Shown here: positions 33,172-45,518 of the stretch, piece after piece
Layout: the number at the start of each line of letters is the position of its first letter
Position numbering within the stretch: the stretch's first letter is position 1
NCBI GenBank assembly: GCA_036004705.1
Contig: DASYRF010000360.1
Coordinates: 5,795-69,794, forward strand
Source: Myxococcota bacterium
Lineage (GTDB): Bacteria > Myxococcota_A > Polyangia > DASYRF01
Reading direction: 5' to 3'
DNA: 64,000 nucleotides
Notes under the pieces: generated by a model
What the model was told of the DNA's origin: nothing
Database searches by the model: none
The model's input: only the letters and a program-made list of their open reading frames with translations
Translations under genes and position numbers: made by a program

Positions 33172-35901
33172 TCAGTTCCGCGTGTACGTGCCGAACGACC
33201 AGTCGGAGTCGTACCAGGTGGCGTTGGTGCCGAAGAAGGCGTCGCGGTAGAGGCTCTCGGAGGGGAAGAGGCCGGACGTGTCGAACGGGGCGGGGCTGAA
33301 GTAGGCGCAGGCGGGGGTGCCGGTCAGGGTCACGAAGGGGCCTTCGCGCTCGAGGTAGTCGACGACGTTGCTGCACGTCGTGAGGTTGCAGGTGCCCATG
33401 CACAGGAGCGTGTAGCCGGTGCCGTCGGAGTAGTCGACGATGGTGGATCCGGTGCCGACTTCGTTGGCGAGCGCGGCGGTGCCCTCCACCATGCGGAAGA
33501 CGCCGCCGGGGGCGACGAGGGCGCCCGCGGGGAAGCCGAAGTTGAAGACCGAGCCGCCTTCGGGCTTGTCGCGGATGACGTAGGGATCCAGGTCGACGGC
33601 GCAGGCGCCGCGGTTCAGCACCTCCACGTAGGTGGGGTCGTCGCCGTGCACCTCGCCGAGCACGACGTGCTCGGTGGCGGTGTTCACGGTCAGCGTGAAG
33701 GGCGAGGTCGCCCCGGCGTAGCCGTCCACGACGACGTCGTACGTCTGCCCGGCGACGGCGTCGAACTGCACGACGGCCGGCGAGGTCGTCCCGCCGTCGT
33801 AGCCGTCCGCCACGCAGGCGCTGGGGTCGCTGGGCGCGCACGCCCCGGCCACGCGCCGCACCACCAGGAGGTCCAGGTCGGCGGTGAGGCCGCTCAGCGT
33901 CACGGTGGCGATGCCCGTTCCGCCGGGCGTGAGCTCGAACACCATCTCCGGCCCGGTGGAGCTGAAGGCGGCGCACTCCCACTGGTCCACGACGTCGGTG
34001 CTTCCCGCGGCGCCGTTGTTGCTCATGACCGAGCCGCCGCAGGGCACGGTGGCGGCCGGCGTGCACGAGTCGACCGCGCAGGCGGTGCAGCCGTCGCCCG
34101 CCACGACGTTGCCGTCGTCGCATTGCTCGCCGGTGTCCGTCACGCCGTCGCCGCAGCGCGCCAGCTCGCAGGTCAGGCGGCAGGCGTCGGGGGCGCTGTT
34201 GCTGTTCAGCGCCCCGTCGTCGCACTCCTCGGCGTAGGCGGTGTCCGTGACGCCGTCGCCGCAGCGCGGCAGCGTGCAGTCGCCGCGGCACGTGTTGGCG
34301 GTGGTGTCGCTGTTTCCGGCGCCGGCGTCGCACATCTCCGTCCCGGCGCGCACGTAGCCGTCGCCGCAGCTCGCCAGCACGCACGTCGACAGGCACGCGT
34401 CGGTGTTGCTGCCGTTGCCGTCGTCGCACTGCTCCGGCGGCGTCACGGTCATGTCGCCGCACGCCAGCAGCACGCAGCCCGGCTCGCAGCCGTCGCCGGG
34501 CGTCGCGTTGCCGTCGTCGCACGATTCGCCAGGGTCGACGACCCCGTCGCCGCAGTAGAAGAGCGTGCAGTCGCCGCGGCATCGCCCCGGCAGCACGTCG
34601 CTGTTGAGCGCGCCGTCGTCGCACGTCTCGCCCAGCGCCCCGTCGATGACGCCGTCGCCGCAGCCGGGCGGCGTGCAGTCGCCCCGGCAGGCGCCGGGGA
34701 GCGTGTCGCTGTTGGCGGCGCCGTCGTCGCACACCTCGCCTGCGCCGGCGTCCACCACGCCGTCGCCGCACGAAGCCGGCAAGCAGCTCGTGCGGCAAGC
34801 CCCCGCGGCCGTGTCGCTGTTCGACGACCCGTCGTCGCACGCCTCGCCGGCGCCGGTGTCGACCACCCCGTCGCCGCACGACCGCGCCGTGCAGTTCAGG
34901 CGGCAGGCGTCGGGCGCCGTGTTGCTGTTGGCGGCGCCGTCGTCGCATTCCTCGCCGAACGACGGGTCGGTCACGCCGTCTCCGCACACCGGCGGCTGGC
35001 AGTCGAGCCGGCAGGCGTCGGGCACGGTGGAGCTGTTCATCGATCCCAGGTCGCACGTCTCGCCGTTGCCTGGATCGACCACGTCGTCGCCGCAGTACGG
35101 CGTCAGGCACGTGGAGCGGCAGGCGTCGGGCAAGAGGTCGCTGTTGGCGGCGCCGTCGTCGCACTGCTCGCCTAGCGCGGCGTCGACCACGCCGTTGCCG
35201 CACATGGACTCCAGCCCGCACGTCGCGTCGCAGCCGTCGCCGGGCGCCGTGTTCCCGTCGTCGCACGCCTCGCCCAGCTCGACCGTTCCGTTTCCGCACA
35301 TGGTCTCCAGCGCGCAGGCCGCGTCGCAGCCGTCGCCGCTCACGGTGTTCCCGTCGTCGCACGCCTCGCCCGGCTCCAGGAACTCGTTGCCGCACACCCC
35401 TTCCACCTGGCAGCCGGCGGCGCAGCCGTCGCCGCCGACCGCGTTCCCGTCGTCGCACTGCTCGCCCGGCTCCAGCACGCCGTTGCCGCACAGCGGCTCG
35501 ATCTGGCAGAAGGCGTCGCACCCGTCGCCGGCGTCGGTGTTGCCGTCGTCGCACTGCTCCGCGTTGGCGAAGTCGATCGTCCCGTTGCCGCACACGGGCA
35601 GGTCGCCCTCGAGCTGGCAGTCCGGGTTGCAGCCGTCGAACGGCGTTACGTTGCCGTCGTCGCAGTTCTCGCCGTTCTCGCGCACGCCGTTGCCGCACAC
35701 GCCCTCGACCAGGCACAGCGCGCTGCAGCCGTCGCCGCCGGCGGTGTTGCCGTCGTCGCACTCCTCCTGGCCGCCGACGTCCCCGTCGCCGCACGCCGCG
35801 CTGCGGCAGCCGGCCGCGGCCAGAGCCGCCGCCAGGCCGACCGCCGCCGCCGCCGCCGCCGCGCAAAGCCTCCCCCACCGCCTCGTTCCGACCGTCATCA
35901 T
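33172..35901 (-). CDS. Large secreted lipoprotein with about 15 tandem Cys-rich repeats (CGNGxxExGExCDDGNxxxGDGCxxxC, Myxococcales / DUF4215-like), followed by a PPC (pre-peptidase C-terminal)-like domain and a lamin-tail-domain-like module.
   Basis: ATG at 35901 checked. PPC-like segment: ATVTLSGLTADLDLLVV..TYDVVVDGYAGATSPFTLTV. LTD-like segment: VVLGEVHGDDPTYVEVLNRGACAVDLDPYVIRDKPEGGSVFNFGFPAGALVAPGGVFRMVEG. Confidence 0.8.
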   Translation of the reverse strand: MMTVGTRRWGRLCAAAAAAAVGLAAALAAAGCRSAACGDGDVGGQEECDDGNTAGGDGCSALCLVEGVCGNGVRENGENCDDGNVTPFDGCNPDCQLEGDLPVCGNGTIDFANAEQCDDGNTDAGDGCDAFCQIEPLCGNGVLEPGEQCDDGNAVGGDGCAAGCQVEGVCGNEFLEPGEACDDGNTVSGDGCDAACALETMCGNGTVELGEACDDGNTAPGDGCDATCGLESMCGNGVVDAALGEQCDDGAANSDLLPDACRSTCLTPYCGDDVVDPGNGETCDLGSMNSSTVPDACRLDCQPPVCGDGVTDPSFGEECDDGAANSNTAPDACRLNCTARSCGDGVVDTGAGEACDDGSSNSDTAAGACRTSCLPASCGDGVVDAGAGEVCDDGAANSDTLPGACRGDCTPPGCGDGVIDGALGETCDDGALNSDVLPGRCRGDCTLFYCGDGVVDPGESCDDGNATPGDGCEPGCVLLACGDMTVTPPEQCDDGNGSNTDACLSTCVLASCGDGYVRAGTEMCDAGAGNSDTTANTCRGDCTLPRCGDGVTDTAYAEECDDGALNSNSAPDACRLTCELARCGDGVTDTGEQCDDGNVVAGDGCTACAVDSCTPAATVPCGGSVMSNNGAAGSTDVVDQWECAAFSSTGPEMVFELTPGGTGIATVTLSGLTADLDLLVVRRVAGACAPSDPSACVADGYDGGTTSPAVVQFDAVAGQTYDVVVDGYAGATSPFTLTVNTATEHVVLGEVHGDDPTYVEVLNRGACAVDLDPYVIRDKPEGGSVFNFGFPAGALVAPGGVFRMVEGTAALANEVGTGSTIVDYSDGTGYTLLCMGTCNLTTCSNVVDYLEREGPFVTLTGTPACAYFSPAPFDTSGLFPSESLYRDAFFGTNATWYDSDWSFGTYTRN

Positions 35902-35990
35902 GGCTGGATCCCTAGTGTAGTCGCCCCCGTGCGTGCCAACGTTCATACGCCCCCGCCGCGGCCGACATTCCCGCGCCGGGCGGGAAACCC

Positions 35991-36019
35991 TTGACAAGGC
36001 GCGGCCTTCCCGTTAAAGA
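35991..36019 (+). promoter_or_regulatory. Candidate sigma70-like promoter for rplM-rpsI (TTGACA, 17 bp, TAAAGA).
   Basis: cTTGACAaggcgcggccttcccgtTAAAGAgg, followed by SD GGAGGAG and ATG at 36043. Confidence 0.45.
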
Positions 36020-36042
36020 GGCCCCCTTCTGGAGGAGCGTGC

Positions 36043-36486
36043 ATGGCGACGTACACCGCGAAGAAGGGCAAGATCGAGCGCGCCTGGTGGGTGCTGGACC
36101 TCGACGGCCAGGTGCTCGGCCGCGCCGCCACGCGCATCGCCAACGTCCTGTTGGGCAAGCACAAGGCGACGTTCTCCCCGCACGTCGACGTCGGTGACTT
36201 CGTCGTCGTCGTCAACGCCGACAAGGTGCGCCTCACCGGCCGCAAGCTCGACGACAAGGTCTACCACTGGCACACCGGGTTCGTCGGCGGCATCCGGAGC
36301 ATCAGCGCGCGCCACCTGCGCGAGCGCGCGCCGGCCCGCATGATCCAGCTGGCCGTGAAGCGGATGCTGGGAAATACCCCGCTGCGGCGCGCGCAGCTGC
36401 GCAAGCTCAAAGTCTACGCGGGCGCCGAGCACCCGCACGCCGCGCAGAAACCCCAGAAGCTGGCCGTGAAGGCGGCGAAGGCGTAG
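36043..36486 (+). CDS. rplM: 50S ribosomal protein L13.
   Basis: MATYTAKKGKIERAWWVLDLDGQVLGRAATRIANVLLGKHKATFSPHVDVGDFVVVVNADKV.. is the canonical L13 sequence. Confidence 0.95.
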   Translation: MATYTAKKGKIERAWWVLDLDGQVLGRAATRIANVLLGKHKATFSPHVDVGDFVVVVNADKVRLTGRKLDDKVYHWHTGFVGGIRSISARHLRERAPARMIQLAVKRMLGNTPLRRAQLRKLKVYAGAEHPHAAQKPQKLAVKAAKA

Positions 36487-36519
36487 GCGCCGCCGACCGG
36501 CGCGCGCGAAGGACGGACC

Positions 36520-36948
36520 ATGACGACCACGACCGTGACCCAGGGCGAGCCCCAGGCTCCGGCGGCGTTCTTCGCCGCCGTGGGCAAGCGCAAGAACGCG
36601 ATCGCGCGTGTGCGCCTGTGCAACGGCAGCGGCAAGCTGTCCATCAACGAGCGCGAGGCCGAGGACTACTTCGGCCGCGAGGTGCTGCGCCAGCTCATCG
36701 CCCAGCCCATCGAGGCGGTGAGCAAGGTGGGGCAGATCGACGTGATCGTGAACGTGCGCGGCGGCGGACAGGCCGGCCAGGCGGGCGCCATCCGCCACGG
36801 CATCGCGCGCGCCCTCATCCGCATGGACAAGGAGATGCGTCCGGTGCTGAAGAAGGGCGGCTTCCTCACGCGCGACGCGCGCAAGGTAGAGCGCAAGAAG
36901 CCGGGCCGCCCGGGCGCCCGCAAGCGCTTCCAGTTCAGCAAGCGCTAG
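36520..36948 (+). CDS. rpsI: 30S ribosomal protein S9.
   Basis: ..[62 protein letters not shown] is the canonical S9 C-terminus. Confidence 0.95.
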   Translation: MTTTTVTQGEPQAPAAFFAAVGKRKNAIARVRLCNGSGKLSINEREAEDYFGREVLRQLIAQPIEAVSKVGQIDVIVNVRGGGQAGQAGAIRHGIARALIRMDKEMRPVLKKGGFLTRDARKVERKKPGRPGARKRFQFSKR

Positions 36949-37014
36949 ACGCAGCCCCATCCCGTTGGCCACCAAAGGCCGCGACCCGACTCCGCCGCCG
37001 TTCGCCATCCGAAC

Positions 37015-37582
37015 CATGACCTGGTTCGCGGTGGACAGGCTCGAGCTGGCGCCGCCGCTGGCGGTGCCCGGCGAGCTGCGCGACCACGCGCTGGCGTCGC
37101 TGGCGCTGGAGCGCTGGATCACCGCGTATCGGAAAGCCGACAGCCTGGAGGCCCTGATGAAGCGCGAGGGTCGCTACCGCAGCAGCGCGCTGAGCGAGGC
37201 GGAGATGCGGGCCGAGGCGCCGCTGTGGCTGGAGGCGCAGTGGGAGGTGCTGCTGTTCGATCTGGCGAGCGAGCGGCAGGTATACCGCGGGCCGTGGTCG
37301 CCGCCCGAATGGGACCGCGTGGCGGGGGACCTCGCGCGGGCGATCGGCTTGCCGTTCCTGCGCGACGCGGCACGGCGCGGGCTGTTCGGCTTCCGCCCGC
37401 AGGCGGGGCTGCTGGGGTTTCTGACGTTGCGCGAAGTGCGCGAGACGTTGAAGTCGTGGCGGCAGTTCGACCCGACGCGCCTGCGCGGCACGTCGCTGCG
37501 CCTGCCGCTGGTGGAGGAGATCCAGGGGGCGCTGCGCGCGGTCTCGCAGCAGGACCGCGAGATGGTCATTTGTCTGGTCTGA
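37015..37582 (+). CDS. Hypothetical protein (MTWFAVDRLELAPPLAVPGELRDHALASLALERWITAYRKADSLEALMKREGRY..).
   Basis: Protein-like composition. The ORF could instead begin at TTG 36965; the first ATG was chosen. Confidence 0.45.
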
Positions 37583-37632
37583 CGGACGGCGCGGCGGCGG
37601 GGCGTGCGGCGCGCGTGTCGCGGGGTGCGGGC

Positions 37633-40197
37633 ATGGTGTACGCTGTGGGCATGGCACAGGGCGGGCGCAGGCGCGGGCGGGCGTCCGCGCGCGGGGTGCG
37701 GCTCGCCGCGGCGGCCGTGGCCCTGGCGGCGGCGGCGGCGGCGGCGGGCGGCTTGGGCGTCGGGGCGGGCGGGTGCGGGGCGCGGGAGACCTTCCTGCAC
37801 GTGACCGTGTCGGGGAACGCAGGCGCGCCGATCAACGCGTTCGCGGTGACGGTGGACCAGGGCGGCGTGGTGCGGCCGTTGTCGTTCGGTCCGCCGGCGG
37901 GGCAGACCGAGATCGTGCTGCCCTCCAGCTTCGCGGTACAGGTGAACGGCGCCGACGGCTCGGCCATCGAGGTGTGCGTGACCGCGCAGGGCGTGGGCGG
38001 CGGCGACCTGGCCAGCGGCTGTCAGTCGCGCCCGGTGGCGATCGGCGGAACGACCGAGTACGTGATCGTGCTGTCGCCGCCGGTGTGCGGCGACGGCGTG
38101 ATCGGCGGCGCGGAGGACTGCGACGGCGCGGACCTGGGCGGCCAGACGTGCGAGAGCGTCAGCCCGACGCTCACGGGCGGGACGCTGGCCTGTGACGGAG
38201 CGTGCGCGTTCGATCTGTCGGGTTGTACGCTGTCGGCGGACTGTGGCAACGCCACGCTCGACGCCGGGGAGGACTGCGACGGCGCGAACCTCGGCGCCGG
38301 CGACTGCATACTGGAGGGGTTCGACGGCGGCGTGCTGGCTTGCTCGGGGATCTGCCGCTACGACACGTCAGGGTGCCGCCTCTGCGGGAACGGCGCAGTC
38401 GAGTCGGGGGAGCAGTGCGACGGCGGAGACCTGGGCGGGGCGACATGTGCGTCGATCGGCATGGGCTTCGCGAGCGGCACGCTGGGCTGCACGACGAGCT
38501 GCACCTACGACGTGGCCGGCTGCGACGTACCGGTGCTCTGCGGCAACGGGATGATCGACGCCGCGGCCGGGGAGCAGTGCGACGGAACGCTCCTGGGCGG
38601 CCAGACGTGCGCCACCCAAGGGCTCGGCGGCGGCGCGCTGGCCTGCACGCCCGGCTGCGTCTTCGACACCAGCGGCTGTGCCGCCTGTGGCAACGGCGTA
38701 GTCGAGATGGGCGAGAGCTGCGACGGCAGCACCGGCGGGACCACGTGCGGCACGCTGGGCCACGACGGGGGAGCGCTGTCCTGCGCCGGCGATTGCACGT
38801 TCGACGAGTCGGGCTGCACGGACTGCGGGAACGGAAACGCCGAAGCGGGCGAGCTGTGCGACGGGGGCGACCTGGGCGGCGCGAGCTGCGCTTCTCTGGG
38901 CTTGGGCGCCGGCATGCTCGGATGCACCACCGACTGCTCCGCCTACGACACGTCGGGCTGCCTCCCCGTCATCTGCATGCCAGGCGCGCCGTACTGCGAC
39001 ACGGACGGGCGGACGCAGCACGTGTGCAACGCCGCCGGGACCGGCCCCGCGCCGGGGTCGGACTTCACCTGCGAGTTCGTCTGCGAGGTGGACTCCTGCC
39101 GCTACGTGACGAACGTGCTGCCGCCGACGGTCGCGAGCTGTGGCGCCGCCGCGCCGGCCCTGACACCACCGGGGATGACCGGCACCACGGTCACCATCCA
39201 GACCAACGCGGTGGGCGCGCCGGTCATCAATTGCTCGCCCTCCTGCGACGGCGCGACGACGACCACGATCACCGGGACGTTCGTGCCGCAGCCGGCGGGC
39301 TTCCCGACCCTAGCGGTTTTCTGCCTCTCGTCGGTGAACGTCCCGACGTTCGTCACCGTCACGGGAGCCACGGGGACCACGTTCGTCCCGGTCCTCATCT
39401 CCAACGGGGCGATCGTCGTCGACGGCGCGTTCTCCTTCGACGGGCAATCGCCCACGAGCGGGCCGGGCGCGGGAGGGCCGGGCGGACACGCCGGGGGCCA
39501 TTCGACGGCGAGCGGACCCGCGCCATCGGGCACCGGGCCCGGCGCCGGGGGCGGGGGCGACGTCGACACGTTCATAGGGACAAACGCGACAGGCGGCGGA
39601 GGGGCCGGCTACGGCGGTGGCGGAGGTCCGGGTGGCGACGTGATGTGCTGTCCTGTAGTGATGGGGGGCTTCCCCGGCGGAACGTACGGCGTGTCGGGGC
39701 TCCTGCCGGTCGACGGCGGCAGCGGCGGAGGCTGCGGAGCGACGTCCTCCGGTGGGACGGGGTTCCGCGGCGGCGGCGGCGGCGGCGGAGTGCTGCACCT
39801 CGTGTCGCGGAGCAGCATCACCGTGACGGGCACGCTCGGCGCCAGCGGCGGCAACGGCAACAATGGCGGTGGCTGCCCCCGCGGGGGTGGTGGCGGCGGG
39901 AGCGGCGGCGCGATCCTGCTGGAGGCGCCCGCGGTCTCCGTCACGGGGAGCGTCCTGGTGGAAGGCGGCGACGGGGGCCCGTCGGCCGCCACTTGCCCCG
40001 GCGTGGGCGGGGTGGGCGCGAGCGGCGGGACGATGTTCGGCATGCCTGGGGCCCCCAGCCCGGACAGCTCCAACGGTAGCGGGGGCGGCGGCGGCGGCGG
40101 CGGTCGAGTCCGCATCAACGCCGCGGGTGGCACCTGCCCCGCAAGCGTGTCACCCTCCGCCGCCTGCACGGCCGGCTCGTTGCGGACGACTCCGTAG
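37633..40197 (+). CDS. Lipoprotein with about 8 Myxococcales Cys-rich repeats and a long Gly-rich C-terminal region.
   Basis: Lipobox AAAAAAGGLGVGAGGC. Repeats CGDGVIGGAEDCDGADLGGQTC.., CGNGAVESGEQCDGGDLGGATC... The C-terminal 250 aa are GGxGG-rich. Confidence 0.8.
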   Translation: MVYAVGMAQGGRRRGRASARGVRLAAAAVALAAAAAAAGGLGVGAGGCGARETFLHVTVSGNAGAPINAFAVTVDQGGVVRPLSFGPPAGQTEIVLPSSFAVQVNGADGSAIEVCVTAQGVGGGDLASGCQSRPVAIGGTTEYVIVLSPPVCGDGVIGGAEDCDGADLGGQTCESVSPTLTGGTLACDGACAFDLSGCTLSADCGNATLDAGEDCDGANLGAGDCILEGFDGGVLACSGICRYDTSGCRLCGNGAVESGEQCDGGDLGGATCASIGMGFASGTLGCTTSCTYDVAGCDVPVLCGNGMIDAAAGEQCDGTLLGGQTCATQGLGGGALACTPGCVFDTSGCAACGNGVVEMGESCDGSTGGTTCGTLGHDGGALSCAGDCTFDESGCTDCGNGNAEAGELCDGGDLGGASCASLGLGAGMLGCTTDCSAYDTSGCLPVICMPGAPYCDTDGRTQHVCNAAGTGPAPGSDFTCEFVCEVDSCRYVTNVLPPTVASCGAAAPALTPPGMTGTTVTIQTNAVGAPVINCSPSCDGATTTTITGTFVPQPAGFPTLAVFCLSSVNVPTFVTVTGATGTTFVPVLISNGAIVVDGAFSFDGQSPTSGPGAGGPGGHAGGHSTASGPAPSGTGPGAGGGGDVDTFIGTNATGGGGAGYGGGGGPGGDVMCCPVVMGGFPGGTYGVSGLLPVDGGSGGGCGATSSGGTGFRGGGGGGGVLHLVSRSSITVTGTLGASGGNGNNGGGCPRGGGGGGSGGAILLEAPAVSVTGSVLVEGGDGGPSAATCPGVGGVGASGGTMFGMPGAPSPDSSNGSGGGGGGGGRVRINAAGGTCPASVSPSAACTAGSLRTTP

Positions 40198-40217
40198 GAA
40201 GAGGCAAGGAAGCGCGG

Positions 40218-41996
<1,779 letters not shown>

Positions 41997-42949
41997 CCGC
42001 GGGCGGCGGCGGGCGGGCGTGGCCGCCGCGCTGGTGGCGGCGGGGGTGCTCCTGCTGTCGGTGAGCAGCGCCGCGGCGGGCGGGTTCAAGGACGAGTACA
42101 CGGCAGGCGTGGCGGCCTTCAAGGCGGGCGACTACGAGAAGGCGCTCGCGCAGTTCACCAAGGCGTACAAGATCGAGAAGGTGCCGCTCTGCCTGTTCGG
42201 CATGGCGCAGGCGCACCGCAAGCTCGAGCACGTCGACGCGGCGATCGACCTGTACGAGAAGTTCCTGGCGAGCAAGCCGCCGCCGGCCGCGGACCTCGCC
42301 GCCGAGGTGAACGGCTACCTCACCGAGCTGCGCGCGGCGAAGAAGTCGTTGGCGGAGATGGGCGAGGCGCGCAAGCACTACGCGCTGGGCGAGTTCGCCG
42401 AGGCGGCGGCGGCCTACGAGCGCGCCTGGACGCTGAAGGCGTCGGGCGATCTGTTGTGCTTGATCGCGCAGAGCCACGAGCGGGCGGGCGCAAAGGGTAA
42501 GGCGGCCGACTACGACGAGCGCTGCCTGAAGTCCGACGCGCGCGCCGATCTCAAGGCGGAGGCGGAGACGTCGCTAGCGGCGCTGCGCCCGGGGGGCACG
42601 GGGGGCGCGTCGACGGGCGGCGGCGGGCGCGACGGCGGCAGCGACGGCAAGGGCGGGGGCGCCAAGGGCAAGGCAAGCAGCGGGGCCGGCGGTGCGCTGT
42701 CGGTGGACGAGGGCGGGCCCGACTACGACGGCGACACCGGCGGCGGGGGCGGCAAGAAGGGCGGCAGCAAGGTGGGCCTCATCGCCGGCGTCGGCGGCGG
42801 CGCCGCCGTGCTCGTGGCCGGTGCGGTCGTGCTGATCGTCGTGCTGGCCGGCGGCAAGAGCGGCCAGCCGCCGCCCAGCGACCTCGGCCTCGGCATCGTC
42901 AGCTACTAGCGATAGCTAGCAGCCCGCTCCGCCGGCGGCGGGGGGCCGC

Positions 42950-43618
42950 TCAGTGCTCCTTCAGCTCGAAGAAGCCGGGCTGGTGGCGGGGGAGCGCGTG
43001 CTCGAACGCCGGTTGACGCAGGCAGTGCTCGTAGACGCGGTCGATCGTGGGCCACGGCGCGAGCGACAGCCCCACGGCGGGGCGCAGGGAGTTGTAGACC
43101 TGCGGCACGAGGAAGCAGTCGGCGGCGGTGGGCGCGTCGCCGTGGCAGAAGGCGCCGGTGGCGGGGTGGCCGGCGAGCTGCCGCTCGAGGGCGTCGAAGC
43201 CGACCTGGCACCAGTGGCGCTGCCACTCGCTGAGCGCCGGCTGCTCGCAGCCCAGCGTCGCAGCGAGGCGGCGCTGCACGCGCAGGTTGTTCAGCGGCTG
43301 GATCTCGCAGGCGACGTGTAGGGCCAGGCCCAGGACGCGCGCGCGGCCGGCGGCGTCCGCCGGGAAAAGCGGCGGTGTCGGGTGCTGCTGCTCGAGGTAC
43401 TCGACGATGGCAAGCGACTGCATCACGCGCGTGTCGCCGTCCACGAGCACCGGCACGTTGCGCTGGGGGTTGAACGCGCCGTAGTCGGCGCTGTCCTGGT
43501 CGCCGTCCTTCCAGCGCAGATCCACCGGAACGGTCTCGTAGACGAGCCCCTTGAGGTTGAGCGCGATGCGCGCGCGAAACGACGTGGAGCTGGAATGGAA
43601 GCTGTGCAGGCGCAGCAT
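42950..43618 (-). CDS. maiA: Maleylacetoacetate isomerase / GST-zeta family protein.
   Basis: MLRLHSFHSSSTSFRARIALNLKGLVYETVPVDLRWKDGDQ.. is the typical MAAI N-terminus. ATG at 43618 checked. The longer upstream ORF is a frame artefact. Confidence 0.75.
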   Translation of the reverse strand: MLRLHSFHSSSTSFRARIALNLKGLVYETVPVDLRWKDGDQDSADYGAFNPQRNVPVLVDGDTRVMQSLAIVEYLEQQHPTPPLFPADAAGRARVLGLALHVACEIQPLNNLRVQRRLAATLGCEQPALSEWQRHWCQVGFDALERQLAGHPATGAFCHGDAPTAADCFLVPQVYNSLRPAVGLSLAPWPTIDRVYEHCLRQPAFEHALPRHQPGFFELKEH

Positions 43619-43729
43619 GGGGCCTCCGCGAAAAGAGTGAGCATGCCAGCGCCGGGTCGTGCGGATCAACGAGCGACCTTCCGGATGGCGGCGCACCACG
43701 CGTGCAATGGGGCGGTGGGGCGGCGTACC

Positions 43730-44569
43730 ATGCGCGCCATGCACGTGACCGTTCTGGACAGGGAGCGCAAGGTGCGCCTGGACGACGTCTCGGCCGATCC
43801 GCCCAAGGGGCTCGCGCGCGAGGACGTCGAGTCGCGCTTCACCGAGATAGGCGACGAGCTGCTGCAGCTGCAGGAGATGATGTGGGGCGCGCGCACCCAC
43901 AGCGTGCTGGTGGTGCTGCAGGGACGCGACGCCGCCGGCAAGGACGGCGCCATCAAGCACGTCGTGGGCTGCCTCAACCCGCGCGGCGTCACCGTCACGT
44001 CGTTCGGCGTCCCGACCCGCGAGGAGATCGAGCACGACTTCCTGTGGCGCGTGCACGCACGCGCCCCGCGCAAGGGCGAGTTCTCCATCTTCAACCGCTC
44101 GCACTACGAGGACGTGCTGGTGGCGCGCGTGCACGACCTCGCGCCCAAGTCGCTGTGGAAGGAGCGCTACGGCCACATCAACGACTTCGAGGAGCTGCTG
44201 TGCGAGCACGACACCGTCGTGCTGAAGTTCTTCCTGCACATCGCCAAGGCGGAGCAGAAGAAGCGGCTGCTGGAGCGCGAGGCCGACCCGCGCACCGCCT
44301 GGAAGCTGAACGCCGGCGACTGGAAAGAGCGCGAGCTCTGGGACGACTACACGGCCGCCTACGAGGACGCGCTGAGCCGCTGCGGCACGCGCCGCGCGCC
44401 CTGGATGGTGGTGCCGGCCAACGCCAAGTGGTTCCGCAACCTGGCCATCGCCGAGGCGATCGTCGAGGCGCTCCGGCCGCACCGCAAGACGTGGAAGAAG
44501 AAGCTGGAGGACATCGGGCGCGCCGGGAAGGCCGACCTGGCCGCCTACCGCCGCGCGCGCGGGCGCTAG
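43730..44569 (+). CDS. Polyphosphate kinase 2 family protein (polyphosphate:nucleotide phosphotransferase).
   Basis: LQGRDAAGKDGAIKHV (PPK2 Walker A), FNRSHYEDVLVARVH, WKLNAGDWKERELWDDY. About 279 aa. Confidence 0.8.
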   Translation: MRAMHVTVLDRERKVRLDDVSADPPKGLAREDVESRFTEIGDELLQLQEMMWGARTHSVLVVLQGRDAAGKDGAIKHVVGCLNPRGVTVTSFGVPTREEIEHDFLWRVHARAPRKGEFSIFNRSHYEDVLVARVHDLAPKSLWKERYGHINDFEELLCEHDTVVLKFFLHIAKAEQKKRLLEREADPRTAWKLNAGDWKERELWDDYTAAYEDALSRCGTRRAPWMVVPANAKWFRNLAIAEAIVEALRPHRKTWKKKLEDIGRAGKADLAAYRRARGR

Positions 44570-44594
44570 AACTTCGAGCCGCCACGGGCGTCCC

Positions 44595-45507
44595 TATGGC
44601 GTCGAAGGAGCCTGACGCCATGGACTCGCTCAGCCCGCTGTCCCTCGATCCCGCCGCAAAGGCGCGGTCCGTTGCCGACGACCGTCGCCTCTACACGGCC
44701 GTCGGGGCGCTGCTGGGTGCGGCCGGGGCGGTCGTGCTCGCGGCGGGCGGGGCGGTCGCGGCCATCGTCTGGGCGGCGGGGTCCGGCGCGGCGGCCGCGC
44801 CACGCGCGCGCGACACGGACGACCGCTGCGAGCGCGACCGGCGCGAAGACCTGGTGCGCCGGCTCGACCGGATGGAGGACCGCCTCGACGCGGCGCTGAC
44901 CGCGCCGGTGCGGCCGCCGGCGCCGCCGCCGGTCGTGTACCCGCCCCCGCCGCCGCCGGCGGTGCTGGTGCCGCCGTCGTTGCCCCCGGCGCCGGTCGAT
45001 CTTCGCGTCGGGGCCGTCTGGCCTGACCGCGTCGTCAAGGCGTCGTCGGCGTACGGCGAGGGCACGGACGGGTGGTCGGCGGCCAAGGCGCTCGGCGCGC
45101 CAGACGTGTGGCCGCGCGGCGACGACGACGTGAACGCCTGGGCCTCCGCCGAAGCAGACGGTACGGTCGAGACGATCGATCTCGGGTTCTCCGATCCGGC
45201 GCTGCGCCTGGAGGGGGTCGACGTGTACGAGACCTACAACCCGGGGGCGGTGCGCCGCGTCGAGCTCGTGGGCCGCGGCGGAGAGACGCTCGTGGCCTAC
45301 GACGGGCCCGCGGCGGCGCTGTCGGAAGCCGCCTACGTCCGGGCGCTCCGCTTCACTTGCACGCCCTTTGCCGTGGCGTCGGTGCGCTTGACGATCGATT
45401 CGGCCGCCGTGCCCGGCTGGAACGAGATCGACGCGGTCGGTGCGCATCGGTGCACGGCGCCGCCGGCGGCGACGGTCGATCTGTTCGACGTCCTGGGGGC
45501 GCGCTAG
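44595..45507 (+). CDS. Hypothetical membrane protein (TM helix, Pro-rich linker, about 170-aa C-terminal domain).
   Basis: MASKEPDAMDSL.., TM YTAVGALLGAAGAVVLAAGGAVAAIVWAAG, linker PPAPPPVVYPPPPPPAVLVPP. Confidence 0.5.
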
Positions 45508-45518
45508 TCTCGGGGGCC

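Noticed and set aside
33646-35920. 509-aa and 451-aa plus-strand ORFs antisense to the large Cys-repeat gene.
   Set aside because: Repetitive A/V/G/R (and S/P) artefacts that mirror the sense-strand repeats.
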